Assembly: GCA_045576095.1 (NCBI GenBank)
Contig: JAZNFP010000055.1
Location: 8,247-72,246 of the forward strand
Direction of reading: 5' to 3'
Length of the DNA stretch: 64,000 nucleotides
DNA from: Eubacteriales bacterium
GTDB lineage: Bacteria; Bacillota; Clostridia; Oscillospirales; CAG-272
Shown here: positions 18,195 through 27,230 of the stretch, one piece after another
Numbering within the stretch: position 1 is the first letter of the stretch
Layout: each line of letters begins with the position of its first letter
Program-made: the position numbers and the translations under genes
Notes under the pieces: generated by a model
What the model was told of the DNA's origin: nothing
What the model saw: only the letters and a program-made list of their open reading frames with translations
Database searches by the model: none

Positions 18195-20077
18195 CCGCCG
18201 CCTCCGCGTCTGCCGAAGGCGTCTCGGATCATTGCAATCAGCTTCAGCACACAGATCACGATCAACACCAGAACCGTCGCTGCACCGATCAGAGCGGCGA
18301 TCTGAAGAAGCTCCTTCAGGGCTGCAAGAAGCTTCATCCACCAGGGATCATCGTCATCCTTAATCGGAGAAACCACTTCGGGCGACTGCGGCGCCTTAAT
18401 AAAGGTCATTGTCTCCATTACGACAGGAACGGTGTGAAGCTTCTCATTTTCACCGAACGCAATCGAGATGATCTTAAAATCGTCTACGATTGCATTCTCG
18501 CAATAATACGTGGTTTCGCTGAAACCCTCCCAATCCGGAAAAAGCAGTGCTTGATCATGCTCGCGCCAATACTCGGCGGAATGAACGAAATATTCCGTCT
18601 TGAGGTAATGAAAAACGACCAGGGTCTGATCCTCCAATGAGGAGACACATGAATTCATAAGAGAGCGAAAGGTTCCGAGTCCGTCATCATCCAACGCGTA
18701 CTGTGTTTTCAAATCCTCGTCGCTTTTCGTCCCGTCGCCTACAGACGCAATTTGAATAGCCGAAACGCTCACGGAATCGTCCGAAACCTTATGCCCCGTG
18801 AGCTTATAAAGCCATTCTACAAAGCCCGATATGGAATCTTCAAAGCTTTTGGTCTCAAAAAGATCGTTCGGAGTTTTCGTATAAGTATCTAAGGGGGTAC
18901 ATGAAGATGCACGAAGATAGTCACTCATGGCGAAAAGCTTATCGCCTGCTACAGAAGAAATAGACTCCTTCAGCTTGAGATAACGCTCAAGCACGTCGTC
19001 GTCCGACAGCTCGGGAAGCCCCTTATCATCGGTCTTAATCTGGTCAACCATGAACAAGAACGTTTCTTTCGCATCAGGGTGGGATGCCCACTTGCCGAAT
19101 GGCATTTTAGTGGGGCTTCCCAAAGCGCTAACGTTATAAGCAAACGGTGCTTCTGCCCCTTTTTTCCAAAGATTGAAAAAGCTTCCCTCAACGGTCAGAT
19201 CGTCACGGTCACATTCGGTCACGAGCATCGGTACGCCCTCGAGCAAGGAATACTGATACTTGATTTGATCAATCCGCTTCCAATCCTCGAGATACTCCGT
19301 CGGGATCAGAAACATCGCGGTATTGATCTGATCGTAATAACCAAGATTGGAGGTAGAATATCTGCTCGCCGTAAGATGAACGTCGAGATAAAGCTCGTCG
19401 GACAGGCTCCAGCCTTCCAGCTCGCCTTCATTGGAAAAGGTCAATTGAATATCCGAGTGCAAACTGCCGCCGGCAATGCTGCTTTGTTGGCCGGTGTACG
19501 CCACCGTCTTGGTCCTCAATGAGGACGAGGGATCGCGGTACGTAATCTCAAAGAGCCGCACCGTCAGCTCGTAGCTATCGCCGACGCGGAAGGACTCATA
19601 CTCGCTCTTGGTAAGATTGACACGGTACTTCACAAGCGTTTCGGTCGTTGAGACCTGCTTTGCGCTCTTGTAATAGGTTCTGCCTCCCGCCTCAAGCGTG
19701 AAGGCGGCCGAAAGGGCCGACTCGGTTCCGCCGGGAACGTAAACGTAAAAAAACACGTTGCATCCGTTTGTGCTCGTCTCGACGGTCGACGTGATCACCG
19801 AGGCGTCGGCGGTTCCGAGCGCCGCATTCTTCGGATAACTCTCAAGCAGCGTTGCCGCCGCTGCTTCCTCTCCCGCCTTGATCTCGGCTGCTGTTTTCCC
19901 CTCGGCATAGATCTCGGGGTCCACAAGATCTGCATAGACCGTCGTTTTGGAAAACGAGACGTGATCCCGGGGCGCCCCCGATTCCTCTGCACCCGCTGCC
20001 GTGCAGGGAAGAAAAGACAAAAAAAGCTGAAGCGCGAGCAGACATGCAACGGCGACAGCTTTCAGCTTTGTTTTCAT
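18191..20077 (-). CDS. large exported protein with C-terminal membrane anchor (pIII-like architecture)
   Basis: Signal peptide MKTKLKAVAVACLLALQLFLSFLPCTAAGA. C-terminal TM IAALIGAATVLVLIVICVL followed by a basic/Gly tail. RBS GGAGGAAAGGA. Confidence 0.65.
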   Translation of the reverse strand: MKTKLKAVAVACLLALQLFLSFLPCTAAGAEESGAPRDHVSFSKTTVYADLVDPEIYAEGKTAAEIKAGEEAAAATLLESYPKNAALGTADASVITSTVETSTNGCNVFFYVYVPGGTESALSAAFTLEAGGRTYYKSAKQVSTTETLVKYRVNLTKSEYESFRVGDSYELTVRLFEITYRDPSSSLRTKTVAYTGQQSSIAGGSLHSDIQLTFSNEGELEGWSLSDELYLDVHLTASRYSTSNLGYYDQINTAMFLIPTEYLEDWKRIDQIKYQYSLLEGVPMLVTECDRDDLTVEGSFFNLWKKGAEAPFAYNVSALGSPTKMPFGKWASHPDAKETFLFMVDQIKTDDKGLPELSDDDVLERYLKLKESISSVAGDKLFAMSDYLRASSCTPLDTYTKTPNDLFETKSFEDSISGFVEWLYKLTGHKVSDDSVSVSAIQIASVGDGTKSDEDLKTQYALDDDGLGTFRSLMNSCVSSLEDQTLVVFHYLKTEYFVHSAEYWREHDQALLFPDWEGFSETTYYCENAIVDDFKIISIAFGENEKLHTVPVVMETMTFIKAPQSPEVVSPIKDDDDPWWMKLLAALKELLQIAALIGAATVLVLIVICVLKLIAMIRDAFGRRGGGG

Positions 20078-20133
20078 TGTTTTGACTTCCTTTCCTCCCC
20101 CCCGACCGTAGCCGGGAGGGAGCATTTTTTGAA

Positions 20134-20646
20134 TTACTTGTAGAACGAAACGTCGATGGATGCACCCGAAATCACCGGAGTGATCTTGTCTGCAAAGAGT
20201 CCGAAGTCGTGACCTTCCTTAACCACGATCACAACATCATAGGTACCCGGCTCCGTGATCGCGATCGGGTCCTTGTCCGAACGCTTCACCTCTCCGTCTA
20301 CGACGAGACCGAGATAATAGGTGTTCGCCGAGCCGTGCTTGGCGCCGGTCAGCTTGACCGTTCCGATCGGAAGATACACAGAGGCATAAACGAGCTCAAC
20401 GTCCGTCTTGGCCTCGCCCTTGAGCTTGACGGCTCCGTTTTCGTCTACCGTCACCTCAAGCCCGCTCTCCTTGTCGGTTTGCGTCTCAAGCACTACGTCC
20501 TCGAGCGTGATCAGGTTCTTGTCGTTGCGCTCGCGCTTCACAAGCCCCGAGCCGAGCGAGGTTCCAATTCCAAGGAGCAGCACTCCCGCCACGACCGCAC
20601 ACACGATCGCGAGCGTCTTCTTGCTTTTTCCGCGTCTTCTGCTCAT
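20134..20646 (-). CDS. N-terminally anchored exported protein
   Basis: Basic N-terminus plus TM (TLAIVCAVVAGVLLLGIG), then a beta-rich ectodomain. Confidence 0.6.
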   Translation of the reverse strand: MSRRRGKSKKTLAIVCAVVAGVLLLGIGTSLGSGLVKRERNDKNLITLEDVVLETQTDKESGLEVTVDENGAVKLKGEAKTDVELVYASVYLPIGTVKLTGAKHGSANTYYLGLVVDGEVKRSDKDPIAITEPGTYDVVIVVKEGHDFGLFADKITPVISGASIDVSFYK

Positions 20647-20661
20647 GCTTTACTCCTCCTC

Positions 20662-21249
20662 TCAATAAAGATACTTGTTCCCCGTGAACTGAATCGCGCG
20701 GGGCGCATAAATCGTCTGCTCAACGTCAGGGCCCTTGTCCTGATAATAGATCACGAGGCAAACCGCATCGGCAGGGATCGGAACCATGACGGAATCGCTC
20801 GTGCTCTGACGAAGCTCGTTATAGCCGATCGCGTAGGATACCTCTTCCCCGAGCTCCGGCATCTCGCTCAGAAATGCAAACGCCATGTAACGATCGCCGT
20901 TCGCATCCTTGCTGGCGGAAAGAGTAACCTTGGTGAAAACACAGTCGGTCAGGTCAATGAAGGCAACCTTGTTTTCCTCGTCGACAATGTACTTGTGCGC
21001 GTCACCGTCGTTATCGGGATCGGCGTCGCGGAGAAAATAGTTCGGGATCACGCCCTCGGCTGCCTTCAGCTCCTCAACCGGATAGTCGTAGGCGGCGAAC
21101 AGAGGGTTCGTCAGACTCGGCTTCTGATCCTGATCCGCACCGCCCGGATTGAACACCGCCGGGTTGATTGACGCCAGCGTTCCGATCAAGAGCAGCAGCG
21201 ACACGATCGAGAGCGCAAGCGCAAGTGTCGTTTTCGTTTTGCTTTTCAT
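20662..21249 (-). CDS. N-terminally anchored exported protein
   Basis: MKSKTKTTLALALSIVSLLLLIGTLA signal/anchor, acidic ectodomain. Confidence 0.6.
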   Translation of the reverse strand: MKSKTKTTLALALSIVSLLLLIGTLASINPAVFNPGGADQDQKPSLTNPLFAAYDYPVEELKAAEGVIPNYFLRDADPDNDGDAHKYIVDEENKVAFIDLTDCVFTKVTLSASKDANGDRYMAFAFLSEMPELGEEVSYAIGYNELRQSTSDSVMVPIPADAVCLVIYYQDKGPDVEQTIYAPRAIQFTGNKYLY

Positions 21250-21318
21250 TTTTTGCTCCTTGTTGATACTCCTATTGTTTTATTTTCCTCACTGCCCTGC
21301 AGTGCCGTGAGCTTTTTA

Positions 21319-22356
21319 TCAAAAGATGATGCTCGTTTGGTTAAGGCTCAGAGACGTCGCAGCCTCAACGATCATCGACGAGTCAAAGCAGAGATAGAAA
21401 TTGTGAACCTGTGTTTCAAATGCTGTCTTCACAGTGACCTCGATGCAGATCGCACGTCCGTTTCCGAACGCCTTAACCGCACGGTTGAACGCATTGACGG
21501 TTTCAAGATAATTCTCCGCATTTTCCTCAGACTCCGGAATCAACACACTCATGTTCGAACGGTTGAAGACGTCCGCAAACGTGACGTCGTCAATAGAAAT
21601 CGGATCGGTTGGCGTGTGGCCCACGTCGATGTAATCCCGAACAACGTTCGCAAATTCATCCGTCGGGTAAAAGCGAACCGTCGCCGTTGCATCGGCTCCG
21701 ATTGTGTAATGTTCGCTTGTAAGAACCGTGAAATGGATTTTCTCTTCATAAACAGACGACATGTGCGTGCTAAACACGATCGGATTCACGACGAAATCCG
21801 TCCCCGAATAAACCAAGCTATCCGACTGAAAGATCGTAGTCACCTTGGACGGCCGAATGTAAGTTTCCTCAATCTTTTGGCGGAAATCGACCGTGCAGCT
21901 CGCCTTCGCATTCGAATTGCTGTTCGCAAAAACGGTTATCACGATCTGCTCCCCAAACGATGCGAGCAGCTCAACGCTGCAGCTCGTTCCGTTCGGAGTC
22001 AGACGGATGAATTCACCGACGTCGGTATGCGCTTTGGCAAAGCTCGAGGAAGAATCCTTCCAGACTGCCGTCCAGGTCAGTCCTGCCGCCTCGGCTCCCG
22101 AGGGCGTAACGGTTGCAAGAAGTGTCACCACTCCGTCCCGCGGCTCTTCCGCCATCAGGCTCATCAACGTGCTCTCGTGGATCCCACCGATCGAAAGCTC
22201 CCCGGCGCCGGGCGACTCGTTTCCGCTGCCGTTCCATCTCAAGACGACACGCGCCGTTCCCACCGAAAAAATCGCGGCGCACAGAAGAACCGATGCGATC
22301 AGGATCGCCCACTTCTTCCTCGAGCTCTGTTCATTGATTCTGTTCATTTTTTTCAC
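21319..22356 (-). CDS. N-terminally anchored exported protein (Ig-like repeat suspected)
   Basis: Anchor WAILIASVLLCAAIFSV. The TVTPSGAEAAGLTWTAVW segment resembles bacterial Ig-like (Big_2) modules. Confidence 0.6.
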   Translation of the reverse strand: MKKMNRINEQSSRKKWAILIASVLLCAAIFSVGTARVVLRWNGSGNESPGAGELSIGGIHESTLMSLMAEEPRDGVVTLLATVTPSGAEAAGLTWTAVWKDSSSSFAKAHTDVGEFIRLTPNGTSCSVELLASFGEQIVITVFANSNSNAKASCTVDFRQKIEETYIRPSKVTTIFQSDSLVYSGTDFVVNPIVFSTHMSSVYEEKIHFTVLTSEHYTIGADATATVRFYPTDEFANVVRDYIDVGHTPTDPISIDDVTFADVFNRSNMSVLIPESEENAENYLETVNAFNRAVKAFGNGRAICIEVTVKTAFETQVHNFYLCFDSSMIVEAATSLSLNQTSIIF

Positions 22357-22359
22357 TCC

Positions 22360-22545
22360 TTAAAAATAAACGTGATCGGGATTCAATACAATCCCGGATA
22401 CCGGCACGATGCCCGGGTCCGTCACCTCAGGCGTTGTCTGTGAGGATCCGCCCGGATCGCTCCTTGGCAGCTCGATCGACGAGAACGTGCCAAGCAAGAG
22501 CAGGATGGCGAAAATCACCGCCAAAATCGCTATACCTTTTTTCAT
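22360..22545 (-). CDS. 61-aa single-TM protein (candidate coat-like/small membrane protein)
   Basis: MKKGIAILAVIFAILLLLGTF followed by a Pro/Thr-rich tail. 3-nt gap to the next gene. Confidence 0.5.
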   Translation of the reverse strand: MKKGIAILAVIFAILLLLGTFSSIELPRSDPGGSSQTTPEVTDPGIVPVSGIVLNPDHVYF

Positions 22546-22648
22546 TTTCTCACCATTTCTTTTCCGAGAAAGCCTCAAACGGTCCCCCGGGCTTTTTGAT
22601 CTGACCTAAACTCGGAAGGAAAGTAGAACACCCGCGCCGATGAAACGC

Positions 22649-22930
22649 TTAGCTCGGCAAAGGGGCTTTTTCTTTTTTGCGCTCCTCGGGATCGAGGGCC
22701 AGTGTTGCGCCGACATAAAGCCAGAGCGCAAAGACATCATCATGAAAATCCTCAAAAGAGGTGTATCCGAGTAAAGACGGCAAACCGATGAAGGTGCGGC
22801 CGACGGCATCAAAATCGTGCAGCCGCATCACAAGACGCTTCACACGAAGCTTAAGCTTTTCATCCTCGGATAACTTTTGTATCAGCTCAAGCTCACGCTC
22901 CCACGCGGGGGCTTTTCTTTTTGCCTTCAT
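22649..22930 (-). CDS. hypothetical protein (93 aa)
   Basis: Coding-like composition. C-terminal hydrophobic helix FALWLYVGATLAL followed by the basic tail EERKKEK. Confidence 0.45.
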   Translation of the reverse strand: MKAKRKAPAWERELELIQKLSEDEKLKLRVKRLVMRLHDFDAVGRTFIGLPSLLGYTSFEDFHDDVFALWLYVGATLALDPEERKKEKAPLPS

Positions 22931-22954
22931 GATCCGCCTCCTCAGGGTGGAGGC

Positions 22955-23269
22955 TTAATCGTTGTCTGAGAATAGCCCTAAGAATTTACCATCCTTCCAA
23001 TTACCGAATTTCCGTCGCATATGGGACAAATAGGAATCAACAGCTACACGATCCGATACACGTTTACCATCAACCTTACCATACTCTTCGCGAATCGACC
23101 GCAATGTACTTTGACTTATTCTTTTCGGTTTGCGAAAATTGGTATCGTAAAATTTACCGCCCACATATGAAGGCCCCAAATACCGAGGCTTGGAACTCGA
23201 GCTTTTACGCGACTTCTTCTGCATCGCCGTTTTGTACCCGAACTTAAACATCTGCGAAAGTTTAGACAT
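22955..23269 (-). CDS. hypothetical highly basic protein (104 aa)
   Basis: Lys/Arg/Ser-rich N-terminal half, consistent with nucleic-acid binding. No family recognised. Confidence 0.45.
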   Translation of the reverse strand: MSKLSQMFKFGYKTAMQKKSRKSSSSKPRYLGPSYVGGKFYDTNFRKPKRISQSTLRSIREEYGKVDGKRVSDRVAVDSYLSHMRRKFGNWKDGKFLGLFSDND

Positions 23270-23296
23270 TTTATTATCTCCTTTTGAAAATTAAAT

Positions 23297-23656
23297 TCAT
23301 CCCAGCACCTCACACAAGGGGCATTGCTCACACATCTCGTCCAGCTCGTCCTGGTCCCGGCACTCTAAAGAATGCCGGCAGAGATCTTCACAGATCGCGC
23401 ACTTCACCTTCTCTGTAAAATCAAAGGTGATCGAGCTGATCGACGAAGAATGGTTGCACCGAAAAATCTTCTGACGAACAAATTTATACGGTTCGCGAAC
23501 ATGATAAAAGCGATCCTCACCTCTCAAACCACGTCCGTCATAGGTTACCAAAACGGTACCCCCTTTTTCATGTGGAGAAACAAATTCAATACGATCAATA
23601 TTGATCAAAGCGACGTCGCCACCATCAAAATTCGTCAGCTCAATAAAGTTACTCAT
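23297..23656 (-). CDS. hypothetical protein with C-terminal Cys cluster
   Basis: CAICEDLC...CRDQ...CEQCPLC suggests a Zn-binding tail. Overlaps its upstream neighbour by 8 nt. Confidence 0.5.
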   Translation of the reverse strand: MSNFIELTNFDGGDVALINIDRIEFVSPHEKGGTVLVTYDGRGLRGEDRFYHVREPYKFVRQKIFRCNHSSSISSITFDFTEKVKCAICEDLCRHSLECRDQDELDEMCEQCPLCEVLG

Positions 23657-24026
23657 CGGGAGCTAAGTACCTCCTATGATAACGTTCTTCGCATACTGCG
23701 CAGATACCGTCAAGCTCTTCCGGCGTTAAACGTCCATCCGCAACCGCCTTTGTATTCGCGCAAGATATGCACTGCTTGGCGCGCTCGGCGCTCTCATCGC
23801 TCACAGGAATCGGAACAAAAACTACCCCGCCGCCAACGTGAGACGCGACAACCGTCGAGGTAAAAGAATCTGCGATGATCGTACAAAGAGCAAGAATATC
23901 GACCTGCAGCTGCCCGGGAACATAATTCAATACAGACGCCAAGCGTTGCAGATCTATACCATCAAAACGACGTTCCAAGGCTCCGGCAAGCCGTTTTGCA
24001 TTATCAAACACACTTAAGTCAATCAT
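23649..24026 (-). CDS. hypothetical protein with CxxC pairs
   Basis: CISC...CAVC motif. Overlaps its upstream neighbour (ATGA). Confidence 0.5.
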   Translation of the reverse strand: MIDLSVFDNAKRLAGALERRFDGIDLQRLASVLNYVPGQLQVDILALCTIIADSFTSTVVASHVGGGVVFVPIPVSDESAERAKQCISCANTKAVADGRLTPEELDGICAVCEERYHRRYLAPDE

Positions 24027-24952
24027 GCGCTTGCCTCCTTCTGTTCGGCATATACGATCACAGCCGGGCGCTTCTTCTGAAGATAATCGATGATCTCGCT
24101 CATCGCATTCCCGCCGGGGTTCCAGTGGGAACGGTAACCGGTTTGCTCAAGCAAATGCCAATGACGGTCGATGCCCTCCTTGTTATACGTTGCCTTCGGG
24201 ACCTCAACCTCATCTACGATCACCGAATCACCGTTGCCGAAATCGTAACGGTAATAGGTCATACCAAGCTGCGGCACCCGGAGCCATACGCCCCAGGCGC
24301 GGTAATTTTCAAGCCATGCCTTGCGCCTCTTCTCGTTCGGAAGCACCTCGGTCGTAGCTCGTCCGCCCTTCGTCTCGGGTTCACACTCGATCACGATCGG
24401 CTGACGCTGCTCGGGAGCTGCGGGAGCTGCTTGCTCCTTTGGCTCGGGCTTTTCCTTTTTCGGCTCAAGCGATGCCTTATATGCCCGGATCTCCTTGACT
24501 GTCATTTTTGGGGTAATATCACGCCGATGCTCAAGGTCCATCGGCAGGATCTCAACGAGCTGCGAATGAGAATAGCCCTCGTATTCGGGCTTGAGCACCG
24601 GCAGAGCCGATTCCTTATCGTTGATGCAAAATGCCTCATACGCTGAAATCGCCGCATAAAGCGCGCTTTTCTTCAGCTTAAATTCTTGCTCAGCCCAGGC
24701 GAAGAGCTCGCGCGAACAGCCGTCTTCGAGATACACGTAATACATGTATGCAGACTTTGCAGTGAAAAGGATCTTACCGATCAGAAGATAATTCAGCTTT
24801 ACCGCCTGAACGGCAGTACGCAAAGACTTTACGATCATCGCGGATCGGGTGTAAATATCTGCCCGAAGACTTGCCTCGGGCATTTTCCAGACGTCTGGAA
24901 AATCGTAATCCTTTGCGTATTCTTCCTTCAGGCGCTCACGATAGGTTGCCAT
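24023..24952 (-). CDS. hypothetical phage/plasmid-type protein (DUF3102-like N-terminal domain suspected)
   Basis: 309 aa. Helical N-domain, Pro/Glu/Lys linker, C-terminal globular domain. The family call is from memory only. Confidence 0.5.
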   Translation of the reverse strand: MATYRERLKEEYAKDYDFPDVWKMPEASLRADIYTRSAMIVKSLRTAVQAVKLNYLLIGKILFTAKSAYMYYVYLEDGCSRELFAWAEQEFKLKKSALYAAISAYEAFCINDKESALPVLKPEYEGYSHSQLVEILPMDLEHRRDITPKMTVKEIRAYKASLEPKKEKPEPKEQAAPAAPEQRQPIVIECEPETKGGRATTEVLPNEKRRKAWLENYRAWGVWLRVPQLGMTYYRYDFGNGDSVIVDEVEVPKATYNKEGIDRHWHLLEQTGYRSHWNPGGNAMSEIIDYLQKKRPAVIVYAEQKEASA

Positions 24953-24956
24953 TATC

Positions 24957-25457
24957 TCATGCCTCCGACGCCTGGAACATCAAATCAATGACGTTGGAAG
25001 GATTGACGTGGATCTCAGCAATCTCGTCCGTGCCGTAGTCATTCACAAAGGTCATGACACTGATACCGTGCAGGAAAAAATCGCGTACAAAATTTGCCTT
25101 AAAGTCCGCGAGGCTGCATCCAAGCAGCTTCTCAACGTCGCCGACACGAATACTGTAAGCGTTGTCATAACGGCCAACGTGTACGCCGTTTTTATAACCC
25201 GGATGATTCGGGTCGTTTGCAAATTTGTTGTCCTGCAGATCTCGAATCGGCACCCACATGCGAGATCGTCCTCGAAAGCCGCCGCCGGAGATCACCTGTT
25301 CAAACTCGCTCTCCTGACTCGGTGCCGAATCATACGTCGGCTTCTCAACATTGAGATTCTGAACGTACAGGATCAGTCGCTCATACGGAACCTTCTCGTC
25401 GGTCCCGCGCTTCGTGTACTTCCCTGCTGCTACCTCAAACTTTACTAATACTTCCAT
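24957..25457 (-). CDS. hypothetical protein, first gene of the element's long operon
   Basis: 166 aa with coding-like composition. Divergent from the XRE regulator across an AT-rich 290-bp region. Confidence 0.5.
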   Translation of the reverse strand: MEVLVKFEVAAGKYTKRGTDEKVPYERLILYVQNLNVEKPTYDSAPSQESEFEQVISGGGFRGRSRMWVPIRDLQDNKFANDPNHPGYKNGVHVGRYDNAYSIRVGDVEKLLGCSLADFKANFVRDFFLHGISVMTFVNDYGTDEIAEIHVNPSNVIDLMFQASEA

Positions 25458-25777
25458 GAATAGATCCTCCTGCGTTTATCGGCGCCCCGAATTTTATCTC
25501 GAAATCGGAATTTCCATTTTCACTTGCTCAAACTTCGGCACAGGTGGCGCATTGGCAACCCGAACCTTCTCAAGCAAAGCTCGACACTTACGCCCAATCG
25601 TTCCGGATGAAGAACAGTCTTTTAACATTTGAGCCTCACATAAGTTTCTTATTCGGAAACATTATAGCAATAAAAAAGTACACTGTCAAGATATTTGATC
25701 AAAAAAATTCCATTTAGGAAACTTGAATTGAAATTAAATAGCGTAAAATGTATAATTTTTTTCAAGGAGGTGATAGC

Positions 25778-26158
25778 TTGAAAAACTTAAAGATTGCACG
25801 AAAAGCCATGCAATTGACGCAAGAAGAGCTTGGTGAAAAAATAAACATCAGAAAAAGCGCTATATCAAAATACGAAAACGGCAAAGCAGAACCAAGCCAA
25901 ACAATTCTAATTCAACTATCACAAGTATTAAATGTGTCAGTGGATTATTTGCTCGGTCTCGAACCTTCAAGCACGCAAAACGAATTTGCTCTTTTGCCAA
26001 TCGAAAGAGCTCTAATTGAAAACTTCCGATCGAGCTCAACCGAAATAAAAAAAGCAACGCTAAGAATACTCAATGTAAAAGAAACAAGCAAAAACAAAAA
26101 AACGCTTGGCGAAGATATTGCCGAAGCATTTCAAAAGCAATCGGTACATCAAAATTAA
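25778..26158 (+). CDS. XRE-family HTH regulator (cI-like position)
   Basis: LTQEELGEKINIRKSAISKYENGKAEPSQTILIQLSQVLNVSVDYLLG. TTG start 7 nt after AAGGAGG. Confidence 0.85.
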   Translation: MKNLKIARKAMQLTQEELGEKINIRKSAISKYENGKAEPSQTILIQLSQVLNVSVDYLLGLEPSSTQNEFALLPIERALIENFRSSSTEIKKATLRILNVKETSKNKKTLGEDIAEAFQKQSVHQN

Positions 26159-26206
26159 CATTCTGCACCGAATATTCATCTATATCGTTAAATAAGGAGA
26201 ATCATC

Positions 26207-26953
26207 ATGGCAAAAACATGTGCGATCTGCGGCAAGGGTTCAGGTATCTATCCACTTTGCATTTCTTGCTTCAAGCTTAGAGATGCCGGTGAAATAGAAA
26301 AATGCGAAAAGTGCGGAGCCTGGCACTATACTAACGAATCTTGCCAATGCAAAACACCAGAAAAAGATTCGTTCAAAACCGCAGAAAATAAACGCCATGA
26401 AGAGCAAGAACCCGATGACTATGAACATTCTAAAAACGAATGCATCATATGTCAAGAACCGAGCGAAAATCACTATTTTTGCAAATCATGTTACTACAAA
26501 TACAAAAATAAATCCCTACTAATCAGAATAACAAAATGCAAAAATGTAGAATTATTAGACGACTCTTATGAAGGAGCATACAAATGCAAGGACGGACACA
26601 TCGTAAAAAGTAAATCCGAGCGGGATATTGACAACTACTTTTTCGATCACGATATCGCTCATGCATACGAAAAACCGTTACACATTGATGAAGAAACACT
26701 ACACCCCGATTTTTATCTCCCAAAATTAAACATCTACTTAGAACATTGGGGTTATGGAAAATCGAACAAAGAATATCAAGAAATGAAAAATTACAAAATT
26801 CCTCTTTACAAAAAAGCAGGAATAACTCTAATCTGCACCTACGAATCAAGCGACGCAAAGGATATAGAAAGCGCACTAGATAAAAAATTAAGCACTTACA
26901 AAAAAGGACAAATCAACTTTTTAGAAAAAGAAGATATTTTCCCAGCGAAATAA
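26207..26953 (+). CDS. triple Zn-ribbon protein with C-terminal PD-(D/E)xK (Vsr/restriction-endonuclease-like) domain
   Basis: CAIC...CISC, CEKC...CQC and CIIC...CKSC motifs. These are followed by SKSERDIDNYF...YEKPL...HPDFYLPKLNIYLEHWGY, an E...PD...E-x-W pattern of REase-like nucleases. GC is far below the genome average. Confidence 0.6.
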   Translation: MAKTCAICGKGSGIYPLCISCFKLRDAGEIEKCEKCGAWHYTNESCQCKTPEKDSFKTAENKRHEEQEPDDYEHSKNECIICQEPSENHYFCKSCYYKYKNKSLLIRITKCKNVELLDDSYEGAYKCKDGHIVKSKSERDIDNYFFDHDIAHAYEKPLHIDEETLHPDFYLPKLNIYLEHWGYGKSNKEYQEMKNYKIPLYKKAGITLICTYESSDAKDIESALDKKLSTYKKGQINFLEKEDIFPAK

Positions 26954-26965
26954 ATGAATAAAAAT

Positions 26966-27003
26966 AAACGAAGCAGATCCGCTTTTGCGGAGCTGCTTCG
27001 TTC
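26966..27003 (+). terminator. terminator after the nuclease gene
   Basis: Hairpin CGAAGCAG-ATCCGCTTTTGCGGAG-CTGCTTCG followed by TTCG. Confidence 0.5.
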
Positions 27004-27089
27004 GTCCCCATTACCTTCGGAACGCCTGACAAAAGAGGCCTTCCGTGATTTTTAATGCACGACAGACTGCACGGAAGGAGGTGAATTGA

Positions 27090-27179
27090 ATGCTTGGATA
27101 TCGTATTCACGAATGGTTGATTACATACGGCAATATGATAATTGACCAGATTGTGATGATTCTCATCGCAATCACTTAA
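27090..27179 (+). CDS. 29-aa hydrophobic peptide (type I toxin-like candidate)
   Basis: GGAGGTG RBS 6 nt upstream. Peptide MLGYRIHEWLITYGNMIIDQIVMILIAIT. The upstream hairpin includes part of the SD, and a strong terminator follows. Confidence 0.35.
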   Translation: MLGYRIHEWLITYGNMIIDQIVMILIAIT

Positions 27180-27195
27180 CCACACTCCCGGCAGT

Positions 27196-27230
27196 CTGCC
27201 GTGGTTATTTTACCACGGCAGGTCTCTTTT
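27196..27230 (+). terminator. rho-independent terminator
   Basis: CTGCCGTGG-TTATTTTA-CCACGGCAG followed by GTCTCTTTTG. Confidence 0.7.

Noticed and set aside
26913-27185. 90-aa minus-strand ORF overlapping the end of the nuclease gene and the 29-aa ORF
   Set aside because: It has no RBS, its composition is Cys/His/Asn-rich as expected from translating AT-rich DNA in antisense, and it spans two terminators.
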